Assembly (NCBI RefSeq): GCF_001194135.2
Contig: NC_068986.1
Location: 5,973,955-6,037,954 of the forward strand
Direction of reading: 5' to 3'
Source of the DNA: Octopus bimaculoides
Lineage: Eukaryota
Length of the DNA: 64,000 nt
Numbering within the stretch: the first letter of the stretch is position 1; each line of letters opens with the position of its first letter. The position numbers and the translations under genes were made by a program. The notes under the pieces were generated by a model, which did no database searches, was not told where the DNA came from, and saw nothing but the letters and a program-made list of their open reading frames with translations. Positions 39,895-52,049 of the stretch are shown piece by piece.

Positions 39895-41802
39895 GTAAGA
39901 AAGCTGTTGAGTTTTAGTTAGCTAAAAGAGTTCCAGACTGAATTGATGTGTAAAAAGTTTTTTTTTTTCAGTAGTCTGTTGTAACAGAACTAGATTTATA
40001 TTATTGATGTAAGTTGTAGTGTTTGGGGGAAATGGAATGGAAAGAAAGTCAGTATATTACATAAAACTGGGACCTGGTCTGTCAAGGGGCAGTGGAATTT
40101 ATATAGTAGAAAGAAATGTACTTGTAATTTACTAATTTCAGTCATTGGACTGTGGCCATGCATGGGCACCACCTCCAAGGTTTATAGTTGATATTATCAA
40201 CTCCAGTTCTCATTTCATCAATATTCACTGAATTGACAAGTTACTCTTTTGAAGTAAAGGGGGTGTAACTTGATGTACTGGATTACACAAGGAAATATAA
40301 ATATGAACACACAGGCACATTTTGATATAATTTCTACCTACTAAATTCTACTCACAAGGCACTGGCTGACACTAGGCCATGGTGGAAGGCATGTAGCTTA
40401 ATGGCTGGTGTATTTGGCTCACTATCATAGGGTCATGAGTTTTGATTCCTGGAGGCACTTTGTGCCCTTGAGAAAGACATGGTATTTCTTATTGTTCCAG
40501 TCCACTCAGCTGGCAAAAATGAATTGTACCTGTAATTCAAAGGGTCAGCCATGTCATATTCGGTGAATCTCCCTGAGAACTATGTTAAAGGTACATGTGT
40601 CTGGAGTACTCAGCTACTTGCTCTTAACTTCATGAGCCGGCTGTTCTGTTGTGTCAAATGAACTGGAGCACTCACTGTCATAACTGACAGAGAGCCAGAC
40701 CACAGTGGAAGACACTTGTCTTATTTGTAGTATGGGATAAGATCCTGAGCTACAAGATTGTAAAGAGATCTTAACCACATGGCTGTCTGTAGGTTATTTA
40801 GATCTAGCATATTTTAAAACTTAATTGATCTGATAAGGTAACCAAACATTGTGCAGGAAGCATTGTTAAGGCTTAATCATCATTGTTGTTGGCAGTGGTG
40901 GTGGTTGCAGCATCTCAACATCATTATGTAATTATCATTATTAGAACTGCTTAATTCATTTTCTTCCTGACATTATGATCTGACTCTGTTGTATTGCTTT
41001 CTCTTTGTTTTTGATTAATTCTTCTGTAAGCTGAATAATTGCTAGAGTTACAGGCCAATTCTAGGTTGCTCTTATCTAAAACAAAACCATGATATAAGAA
41101 GTTTGTTTATTGATCTTTTAGCAATAAGCCAAAATGTTAGTGTGACCTAATGTATATCAGAAGTCAAGAAGAAAAAAATAAACATACTCTTTGATTGATT
41201 CTTTAGATTTGTTACTTGAATGTAAATAAAATAGAAACAACTGCATCCCCCTGAGGCTTTTAAGATTCTTCACATGAAATTGAAGACCCAACTGCTAAAA
41301 GTGCCAAAATCACATTGGTTTTTTTTCTGTGACTTAGTAATTCCAGAACTAGGATTTTCAGTTGATATTTATGTTGTGGTATTTGTTTCACATATTTCAA
41401 AATTTCAAATCAAAGTCAAGCATTTGGTTTGGTCTTGATTGATCAGAGTGTGCTGATTAATTGATTCAATATTGATCGATCTGATCAGTAGTTCTCCATT
41501 ATGTTTATTTGTGACACACTGGAGATTAAATAATAAAATTACTGATGCACTTCTTATGAAAAGTTACAACAAACAGAAGTATAGAAATAATACATTTCTA
41601 AATCTCTCAGAGAGATTTATGCAGCAGTGATACGATGAAGTAGTTGCATGCTGTCAACTTAATGTGACAGTCCCCTGAAGGGAATAATACTACTGTTGGT
41701 TAGACCTAGGAAGCTGCACTGCTTCCTGTCGACCTTGACACGTTTCCTGTGTCCTTATGTTTACAAGGGGGAGACAAGCACCTCCATCCAGTTAAGCCTG
41801 CT

Positions 41803-41845
41803 TCCTGAGACATGTTTCTGAGTCTTTGTCCGTCATCAGTCTGGA
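41803..41845 (-). ncRNA. Hammerhead ribozyme motif, degenerate (left arm of palindrome, minus strand)
   Basis: TCCAGA CTGATGA cggacaaagactca GAAAC AT GTC TCAGGA. Palindromic ACATGT stem III and GUC triplet; one stem I mismatch; stem II damaged. Confidence 0.65.
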
Positions 41846-41850
41846 GGTCA

Positions 41851-41902
41851 TGCTACTCCAGACTGATGACAAGCAAAGACTCAGAAATAGTCTCTGGATG
41901 CA
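41851..41902 (+). ncRNA. Hammerhead ribozyme motif, degenerate (right arm of palindrome)
   Basis: TCCAGA CTGATGA caagcaaagactca GAAA ta GTC TCTGGA. Perfect 6-bp stem I plus TGC/GCA extension; stems II and III damaged. Confidence 0.65.
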
Positions 41903-43453
41903 GGCTTAGCTGGGTGGAGGTGCTTGTCTCCCCCTTGTGAACATAAGGACACAGGAAATGTGTCAAAGCCGACAGGAAGTGGTACAGCTTCCTAGGTCTA
42001 ACCAACAGTAGTATTATTCCTTTCAGGGGACTGTCACATTAAGTAAACAGAAGTATGTTTTAGATTTTATAATTTAGAAAAAAATGATAATGTAAAAAAC
42101 ACTATTGCTTACTTTGTTCTATTAATCATACTTGTCAAAATCATTGTTTTAATGCTCACTTTTCCATGCTTGCATAAATCAGACAGGATTCTTTGTGACA
42201 GGTTTTCTACAGCCAGACATGTTTTTCATAGAAGATTGGTAATGGACAACATTGCTTGTGTAATGGTGACGCTTGTTTACAACCATCACATGATGTCAAG
42301 ATATACACACACACATAATATGTAAAACTGGCACTCTGTTGCTTATGACAACGATGGTTCCAGTTGATCTGATCTACAGAACAGCCTGCCCTTGAAATTA
42401 ATGTGCATGTGGCTGAGCACTTCACAAATATGCACGCACACACCTGTAATATTGTTCTCAGGGAGATTCAGTATGACACAGAATGGGACAAGGCTGGCCC
42501 TTTTAAATACAAGCATTACTTATTTTTACTCCAGTCCATTCATTTGAGTGTCTTGTTCAAGGACACAATGTGATGTGGGTATCAAACACATGACCTTATG
42601 ATTGTGAGCCAAATACACTAACCACTAATCCACATGCCTTCACGTATATGCATACATACAATGAACAAAGCCTTGTGTGTGGATTTCGTAGATGAAAACT
42701 GAAAGAAGCCCATTGTGTGTATGTGTATGTGTCTGTGTATATAAAACATGACAGGCTTCTACACAGTTTGTCTACCAAGGTTTTTGGTCAACCTGAAGCT
42801 GTAGTAGATGACATTTGCCCAGACTGCCATGCTGTAGGACTGAACTTGAAATCACATGGTTTGGAAATGAACTTCATAACCACACAACAAAATTATGAAC
42901 AATACATTTCCCAAGATGTTCAAGCCTTTGTATGGATTTTCCAAGTTTTAAAATTCTATTTTTAAAAATCCAAGGCACTGCATCTACATTCCACCCTCCC
43001 CTGCTGTGCAGCAGTTGCACACTGATGCATCATTTGAAAACCACCAGATTAGACAGTTGAAATTCTAAAACAACCACCTGCTCAGCTATTAACTATTCTC
43101 TTCTATTGATACCCATCATAGCATATTTATTGTTTATACAGATATTTGGTTAGAAGCAAAACTAGTTTTTTTTTTTTGGAATGAAATGTTCAAGTACCAC
43201 ATTTTGAAAGAGTTGTATGTCTGCTTTAAAAAGAATAAAGAAGTCTGAAAGGAAACACAACTTGTGAGTAGTTTCACATTAGCACATGTTTCACTCAGAG
43301 CTTGGCTGTGTAATTAAGAAGTTTGCTTCATGACTGTGTGGTTTCTGGATTCAATCTCACTCCATGGCACTTTGAGCAGGTGTCTTCTAATATAGCCCTG
43401 AGCTGGCCAATGCATTGTCAGTGAAGTTTGTAGACAGATACTGCACCAGCTCA

Positions 43454-43497
<44 letters not shown>

Positions 43498-43788
43498 ACG
43501 CACATGTGTATGTCTGTCTGAATATTGTTCTATCAAAACCCTTCAAAGCAATGCTCCAGCATGGCTGCAGTCCGGTGACTGAAACAAGTAAAAGATTAAA
43601 AAAAAAAAATTATCTAAACAATTGATATTTCTTTTATGGCAAATTAGTAAAAAATTTGATATTGTCATTCTATCTATTTTATTTTGAAGTGGGGAACAAA
43701 TATGCAGAAGATATTTCTGACAAATAAATATCCTACAGAACCACTAAGAAATGTAGTGCTCATTGAAAATAATATAGTTATTAGTTAA

Positions 43789-44569
43789 CCCTTTAACTGT
43801 TGAAAGCAGATATAGTCATTTAAGATTTCATTACCCTTAACTGCAAAATGCAGTTTTATGTCCCAATCTATCTTTTGTTGAGGAATGTCATGCTTGAAAC
43901 TATTTTCTATTGACTTTTTTAAAAACAAACAAGCATGTGCGTTTTCTATGATGATTTGAGAAGCAGTGACGAGTGTCAATTCTGTAAATAATAATAATAT
44001 TTTATAAGCTTAAAGCTTACAAGTGATCACTGTGTATTGACTAACGAAAATAGTCTAATATTGTGGCATATAAGCTCGACAGAAAAAGTGGGTTTTCTGT
44101 ACACATGGGACTCAAACCCACACCTCTTTATAGTCACGATAAGTGTGCTATCATTACACTACTGTACCCACTCACTTCCTCCTGTAGATGTATCAAGTTT
44201 ATTGAGGCAACATGACTTGCAGAAAATACTAATTTTATATTTTGGTTGATATTTAACATCGTTATTGGAATAACTATGAAATTTAATTTTGCAGCTAATG
44301 GGTTAAACGTGTATTCTAATTTTTATCTTTGACATCAACGCATCTGTTTGACTTTGGAAAATCACAATGCTGCTGTGTGTTAAATATGATAAATTATAGA
44401 AAATGCTTTTGTTCTGCTGAAGTTCTGAAATTGTAATACTGCTTAGTGCAGATGATGGTAGTGGTGGTGAGCATTTTATCACTGATTTATTTCGACATGT
44501 AGATGACATAGTTAAAATCTCATTGTTTGGATGGTTTCTATGAAAATGGCAGTAAAAGAGTTAAAAGGG
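43789..44569. mobile_element. Possible piggyBac-type non-autonomous element
   Basis: TTAA|CCCTTTAACT ... AGTTAAAAGGG|TTGA; no coding sequence seen inside. Confidence 0.45.
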
Positions 44570-44808
44570 TTGATTTTCATTTTATTTTATTTTATATTTT
44601 AACAATTATTTTCTTCCATTTCCTGTATTCATTTGAACAGAAATTGAAATCCATTTGAAAAATTGAGATTTATTTATTACTTTTGTAATGTTATTTGTTT
44701 TGTAGTTGTTTCAAAAATATTTTCTTTGTTGTAAACTCTTCCATGTTTTTCAACATTTTCATCATGATTTATTCTCATTTTTTTCTCTCTTTCTTTCTGT
44801 CATTTCAG

Positions 44809-44850
44809 GAATTTGTTGTTCAGTTATTGAAGCAAGCTAGTACACTGTAA
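44809..44850 (+). CDS. Terminal coding exon, EFVVQLLKQASTL*
   Basis: Very strong acceptor (TTTTTTCTCTCTTTCTTTCTGTCATTTCAG), phase 0 reading ends in TAA TAG, followed by AT-rich 3'UTR-like sequence with AATAAA near 45700-45720. Confidence 0.75.
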   Translation, partial: EFVVQLLKQASTL

Positions 44851-47338
44851 TAGTGTGGTTTACCAGTGGCACTGTAACAGTTATGATTATGAAGTCCTGT
44901 AACAGTGTATGTAGCACCAGTGGTAACAGCAATATAGCTTTGGTGTACACACATGCTTACACACACACATACACATAATATATATACATACCAAATTGGC
45001 ATGTGTATGGTAGGGGATTGTATAGCCAATTTATTTCCAGGGGCTTTTTGTATATGGTGTACAAGCTATATATGCAACAAGTTTGACACCCTGCAGTATT
45101 ATTCTTAGATGTAGTTGCAGCTCCCTAATTGGTGACCCACTCCTACGACCCATTTCAAGTTGTTATCTTTCCTCATTTGTCTTTTAATAACATCCATACC
45201 TCTTTGAAATTAACACGTCTTGCTCTCTTTTTCTCTGAGTCGATGAGTGAAGAAGGCATCTCTCTATGGAGTTTGGGACAACAGAAGGAATACATGCATT
45301 ACATATATGCTTGTGTATAAATGTATTTAGGGGTATATCAGGGTGGTGAGATGGAGCATTTGGTCACTAGCAAGAGTTAGGTTTTATTTTTTAAAATTAG
45401 ACTGTATTTTGTAGTTCTTCCCCGCAAAAACATACCAAGGTTATACCAAAAAGAAAATTCTTGTATATGTTCTAATGACTTCTTTATATTTAAAAATGCC
45501 ACTGTCCCCGCTAAAAAAAATCAACAAAAATCAACAAATATGAAACAATGTACCATACATTTTGAGGTGAAAAAAATGTATCCTGTAACTAAGTTTCTCT
45601 CTCTTATGCTCTTATAGATCTCTCAGTTCTAATGTTGTGGATTATTGAGAACACATTTGAATTTAAATGTTGAAGAAGAAATGAATTTCCTCAAAGTGTT
45701 AATAAAATAACATTAAATAAAGCAGCAAAGTTGATTTATTTTTTAATTTTTCTTTTCAATCTTGCCATATGTTTACATTGTCATCATTTTAAAAATTCTA
45801 TTTTGCAAGTATTCTCTAAACGTTTTTTTTTTTTTACTTTAGTATCTTTTCCCTAAACTAAGAGCTGCTGCATAAAATGACAAATATTTCAAAAAGATTA
45901 CTTCACTTCAATTATTATTATTTTTTTTTATTTTAGAGTGTGTGTGTGTGTGTGCCACCTCAGTAGTATTTCATATTTCAGAGTGATCTTTATTCTTTAA
46001 ACCATCATATGAGTCATTGCTATTCAGTAAATCAATACTTGATGTTACACATTTGTAGCAAATCAAGTTATAAACATTCTTTTAGTTCTCAAAAGATTAA
46101 TCAAAACCTGAACATCTTCACGTATTAGACATTTCTTGCAGTTTTGTTCTTACACAACTTGTAAATTAATACAAATGAAATGGGGTAAGATTGTAATTAA
46201 CAGGCAGGAAATGTAGCTATTATAATTTAATTGTAGAAGATTAATTAAAAAAAAAAAGATATTTAGTTGCTTTTTATAAAACCAGTGTAGAATTAATATT
46301 GTTAGCATTACAGCATGAGCATTTCACAATTGCTGCTGTCTCTTTTAAAATTTTAATTTTTGATTATTATTATTATTATTATTATTATTAATAATAATGA
46401 TGATAATTTTTTTGCTGATGGTATTTGAACTAAAGGAAAAGATTTTCAATGTTATAAATTTTAGAGTTACATTTTTATCTGTTCAATCTCAATTTTGTAA
46501 CCAGAGCTCATTTTGCTCATAACAAGCTTTTGGGGATTTCTAAGTAAAAGTATCCTCCTATTGAATCATTTAAATCTCGGGTATCTAATTTACATTCTGC
46601 ATTAATAAGAAGATTCTTGCTGAATGTTCTAAAGTTTCATTTAAATATGTTTGTTTGTGTGTGTATGTAAGGTTATTAGTTAATGCTATATATTACAGAG
46701 AAACTGAGTAAACTTCTACTTCAAATCCTTTTTCATAGGATATTAGATGAAATGGAAGAATAATATTTGAGATTTAACTTTGTATTAAGATTGATATTTT
46801 TGAAATGATAATACTATAAAAATTAAAACATTTTCTTCTTGCTTATTAATATGTTTGGCAAGATTGACTTTTAATTTTCGTAAAGGTGCAATTCCATACC
46901 TTGTAGGGGGGGGGGGGATTTTAATTTGTAAGTTTGGTGAGTAGTTATTGTTATTCATATAATGATTGTGAAAGAATTTAATTTTAATTAAACTTAGCTA
47001 ATTAGTTTCCAAACTTTGAGAGGCAGCCCTCCTAGAAGTCATCAAATCCTAGGTATGTTTAAACGATCAAACATGATCAAAGTTGTAAATAATGCACTAA
47101 TTTAATTTCTAAAACTCAACAAAGAATTGCTTTCTCATCTCTTTTGTAGAATTCCTATTTATTTTCACTGAAATTCCTTTATATATAGTCAAAATCATTT
47201 TGGCTATGTTTATTTTCAGAGAAATTTTTGAAGAATTTAATTTGATGGTAACAGTTAAAAAAAATTCAAATCTGGAAAAATTTTGATATATGAAAGAGAA
47301 TGAACTAAATTGTGTATGATATACATATATATATATAT

Positions 47339-47719
47339 ATTTTTATATATAACGTTGACCACTAACGTGGACAATTAATGTGCTAGAAATAGATCACATC
47401 TTGTGTCTATTAAGACCTAAATTGTTCTCAACATGAAATATAGCAGCATACCAAAACGTAAGCGCGCAAGACATTTAAAATCACCTAAAAAAATCAGGCT
47501 GAAGAGGAATAGACAATCGGTAAGATTCGTTAAATCCGAAACCGGTCCCTGTTTAAGAATGTGTTTTTTTTAGGTGATTTTAAATGTCTTGCCCGCTTAC
47601 GTTTTGGTATGCTGCTATATTTCATGTTGAGAACAATTTAGGTCTTAATAGACACAAGATGTGATCTATTTCTAGCACATTAATTGTCCACGTTAGTGGT
47701 CAACGTTATATATAAAAAT
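47339..47719 (+). mobile_element. Fold-back element: 155-bp inverted arms flanking a hammerhead ribozyme (probably derived from a Penelope-like pLTR)
   Basis: Arms about 47339-47493 and 47565-47719 are near-perfect reverse complements (one mismatch seen by eye). The spacer contains the HHR core. Confidence 0.9.
47495..47551 (+). ncRNA. Minimal type I hammerhead ribozyme, apparently intact
   Basis: Stem I CAGG/CCTG, core CTGAAGA, stem II GGA...TCC with inner AATC/GATT hairpin, GAAAC-CG-GTC (palindromic ACCGGT stem III, GUC triplet). Predicted cut after 47547. Confidence 0.85.
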
Positions 47720-48240
47720 GTTCCTTAATCCCCTGAGATTGCAGATACTATTTCTGAATCTCTTTGATTCTTTAGATGTGCTGGCCTCCTGGTAATTAAT
47801 CGATATTAATTAATATATGATTAATTACCATATCTTATAATAATCTATATGTATATATATATATATATGTATGCATAATTACACAGTATGTTGTTAGTGA
47901 CAAAAAGCTAAAAGGTTCATGCCATGAGGCAAATGCTGCATTTCCAGGTAATTTGGGTAAGTCAATTGCCTCAGCGCAGAAATAAACAATTTATTCTATT
48001 ATAATAGTTTATTTCCAATGTAGCTGACTTTTCATATAAGTTCCAGTTTTCTGGTGTTGGGTAACAACATTGACAATTACTAAGGCTATGTTAACTGGGA
48101 GTAGTATAACATTTGACTCACAACATGAAACTTTTAATTTTTTATTACTAACACCATAAAACTGTGTATGAATAATGATAATTCTCAAATATATTGAGTA
48201 CTTTTTTTGTTTTTGCTGGGCCTATCAACAAAAGAACAGT

Positions 48241-48287
<47 letters not shown>

Positions 48288-48323
48288 CCTCTCTCTCTCA
48301 CCGGGAGAGAGGCATAAGCACAT

Positions 48324-48355
<32 letters not shown>

Positions 48356-48600
48356 CTTTTTTTTGAATGGTAGATCTTGAAGCAGAGAAAGCTATAAACG
48401 GAAGTGTCAACAATATGTGTGTGTGTTATTTTGAAGATTGGCTGGTGATCTGAAAAGATATTAATATCTGCTTTTCATTTTAACTCATTGATTATTAATT
48501 GTTATGTAATTAATAGAAAAACAAAAATATTGAAAATGCTAATTCTATTTAATTTTTGACAAAATAGCACGTTTTTCTGTTTAATTGAAATGCCTTGCAG

Positions 48601-48689
48601 TTACTGTGTTCTTTAAGTTTACTGTCTTGCACATTGCTCTTGGTTCACATGATGTAAAACATGTAGAACCTGAAGTAAAGGGTTGTGAG
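48601..48689 (+). CDS. Candidate alternative distal exon (89 nt), TVFFKFTVLHIALGSHDVKHVEPEVKGCE
   Basis: ...TGCCTTGCAG acceptor, GAG|GTAAGC donor, one open frame ending in phase 0. No recognisable homology. Confidence 0.35.
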
Positions 48690-49113
48690 GTAAGCTTAGC
48701 ATATTAAAATATTATTAATATGTGATTTGTTTTGAATAAATTCTATCATTCTAGGAAGATGATGGGAAATTTATGAATTTTTGTAAATATATATTTCTTA
48801 TGTAATTTTTGTGTATAAGAAAGAATAAAACTGGTAATTGAAATAACTTAATCCTCTGTATGCATGAAATTCCTTAAACATCAAACCTGGAACAATCAAT
48901 TCAAACACAATAAGTCAATCAAAAAAAAGAAAAAAAAGAAATATTGTGACAGTTACTGAATAACTCAAAGAAAAATGTAAAAAAAAAAGAAAGATTTCTA
49001 TATTCTAGAACTTGTCTTGGCTTTGGAAACCTAACATTGTTTGTTGATTTAATGTTATAAATATTTGTTTTTCTCATCATTTTCTGGAAAATGCTGAGAG
49101 AGAGAGAGAGTGA

Positions 49114-49150
<37 letters not shown>

Positions 49151-49437
49151 CACACACACACACACACATACTTTATTTGTGTTTTAAGGCTACCATTGGT
49201 TTTATGTTAAGAAAAATCTCAACAATTTTTCAAGCCATTCACAGAAAAATTAGTGTTCATCTCCATTTTGGATTAAAACACGAAAAGTAATGGGATGTCT
49301 CATGACTGAGATTTTTTTAAAACATGAAACCATTGGTAGCCTTAATACACAAATAAAAATTTTTATCCACTAATGTGATGTTGAGCATTCATTCTTATTT
49401 ACATGTGTATGTACATTTGTTTTGTTTTGTCCTGCAG

Positions 49438-49767
49438 GGTGTCCAGTGGAAACCGCCCACCTTGGTAGGCTTATTGGCTAAACTGATAACTCTGCCAAGC
49501 AGGCTCAGTAGGGTTATTTGTTTAGCCGCTGCTGGCTTGACCCTGCAGCAGATACTGGGTTACATGTTATCAGTTGCTCTAAGCTTGATTTTTAACATCT
49601 TTTATGTGTTGCTTACAATGGCTGGCCAAAGTAAAAAAAAAAAGAAAGGCAAAACACTCAATGAAAAATTTCATGATGGAATGAAGGCATGTGTCAGTGT
49701 GGATGGTAACTCACCTGCTGCAAGAGGTGTCCATCATTGCTACATCTGTGCAAATGTAGGTCACTAG
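49438..49767 (+). CDS. Candidate alternative terminal exon (109 codons, GVQWKPPTLVGLL...)
   Basis: TTTGTTTTGTCCTGCAG acceptor, phase 0 frame open to TAG at 49767, followed by a long TE-poor AT-rich UTR-like region. No recognisable homology. Confidence 0.35.
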   Translation, partial: GVQWKPPTLVGLLAKLITLPSRLSRVICLAAAGLTLQQILGYMLSVALSLIFNIFYVLLTMAGQSKKKKKGKTLNEKFHDGMKACVSVDGNSPAARGVHHCYICANVGH

Positions 49768-50206
49768 CAGGACTAAAAAATCACATCTGTGCTGCTTTAA
49801 GAGAATAATCAAGCTATATCATTACTTGAAATAAATTTGCAACCATCATACATATGTATATATATGTGTGTGTGTATGTATATATATATATAATCTGTAC
49901 GTATGTATACATACATAGGTACAAACATGAATGTGTGGTTTTGATGTCACTGCCTAGCACAACATCTAGAGCAAGTGTGCTCTACATGTGTCTCATGTTG
50001 ACCAGTATTTCATGAGTGGAATTTTAGTAGGCAGGAAGCATGCAGAGGCCTGTCATACATATGTATATGTATGTATCTAAGTCCACCAACTTTACAGTTT
50101 ATCAAAAAGACTGCTAAAGTAAGTATGGGGGTTAATATGACCCACAAAAATCCTTATAGGAGGTGGTCAGGCATGGCTGCAGTTCACTGACTGCAACTAG
50201 TAAAAG

Positions 50207-50247
<41 letters not shown>

Positions 50248-52049
50248 GGATCTTTGTAAGCTTTTCAGAATTTCAAATGGAAATCTTTCTGAGGATGTAT
50301 TAAGTTTATTTTTCTTTTAATTTCTCAAGTAGTAAAATTTGAATTATTTATTGTAAACAATCAATTATTAGTGCATTTGCAAAGTCATTTCATTTTCCAT
50401 TTATATACTCTTTGTTATCCATTAGTGTTTTACTTGATGTAGATATCTAGCCTCTTTCTGCTGACCATTATTACCTGTATATAGAATTCAATATTTAATA
50501 ATGGTGTTTCTGTTGTAAACAGTATGCACTAACTGTAAACAGTAAATCAAATTTATTTAATTTTCAATATTTATCGTTATATTTTGTAAATACACTTTTA
50601 TATACATTTCTGGCCAGAAAACGTAGTTTTTGGATCAGGAATAATATTCCTTACAAGAAAACTTATGAAATCTGCCAAACTTAACTGGAATTACTCCAGG
50701 TGTTTTACAACAAAATGTTATCTATAGATTATTTTCTCAGCTGAATAGTAAAATTGAGCACTGTGAAATTAAAAAAAAGAAAAATAGATAAATAAATGTG
50801 TTTAGCTACAGAAAAGTGTATATTTTAGAATTTCTCTTTTATATGAGGTAAACAATTAAGAGCTTTATGACCAGTATTGGCTGAAATTCCATTATATTCA
50901 GTTTTTCAGTAAGTTTTGATGTTGGTGCACTCAAAATGTGAGGAAAACCTTATTTTGATATTTCAAAAATAATTGATAAAAACTTGGGAAGCAAAGAGAA
51001 TTCAATAAGATCAATGCACAAGCCATTTAAATTGGTTTAATTAATAAGTAGATATTTACAAGACAGTGAGTTTAAAAAAAATTTTTAGTTCAGAATTGCT
51101 TGAGTAATATCACTTTATTTTTAATATACATTCCGTAATATTTCTTTCAAACATTAAACTGTTCAATGGTAAATATTTTTTGTTAAATATAGAATGCACT
51201 TGCACTGTAAACTATCTTTAATATTTTTGTGTTGTTTTAATTTCCAATTGAATGGTTCTATTGCATTAAGAAACAATATTTCCAAATGGTTCAATCATTC
51301 TTTTTATTATAAACATTGATGTTTCCAATTTGTGGACATCCACAAAACATTTCTTTTCAAATTATTATCAGTCTGTTATTTTTCACTAGCCAGTAATTTC
51401 TTTTTTCTTACTTTGTACAGATGAAAGAAACAAATGCCCCTTTTTAGGGGCTCTATATTCTTTTTTAATTGAAATATTTCTAATTTCACTTCTATCACAT
51501 TATATTCTATATTAGTTGTGCAATTACTGTTCTGTTTGCCAATCCAACAGTGATATATTGATCTGTAAATACATACACAAAAATATCCCCTCCCACTGGT
51601 TTTTACAAAATTAATTAATGAAGAGACTGAAAGCTACACCTTCTAATTGTCGTTGTACTGTTTGTATTTCTTTTCATTTACTGTTATGGTTTTGTTTTTA
51701 TATGAATCTCTTCTAAGGGAGATAATCAAACATAAGGTTAATTCCAGTAAACCCATTTGCAACTTGACACATCTGTATACTTGAATCAATAAATAATTTT
51801 GAATTATTTGTGTATTTTATTACTTGTGGGGTGAAAGTGAAATATTTTATGATGCAGTTTACAATTTTTAAACAGCAAAATTATTTTGTTATATGCAAAG
51901 AAACAAACTAATTTGAGATATGCAAAGAGAAATAAGGTAGTGTGGTTAAGAAGATTAATCTGTTGTTTCAGGTTCAGGTGCCAGTGTACAGCACCTTGAG
52001 TGACACCCCTTTTAAACTTCAGAACGATTTATGCCATGCCAGGGAATCT

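Larger units (their letters stand above)
41657..42044. repeat. 388-bp imperfect palindrome (about 190-bp arms, 9-nt loop at 41847-41855)
   Basis: ACTTAATGTGACAGTCCCCTGAAG...CTGGAG gtcatgcta CTCCAG...GGGACTGTCACATTAAGT. Arm differences are mostly transitions. Confidence 0.95.

Noticed and set aside
47339-47719. Ordinary Tc1/mariner MITE interpretation
   Set aside because: Not excluded by the TA-rich ends, but the spacer is a complete hammerhead and the tail matches a second HHR-bearing element.
49715-49772. 58-nt minus-strand exon candidate with CAG|GTGAGT donor
   Set aside because: Short pyrimidine tract, no partner exons, and it overlaps a plus-strand candidate.
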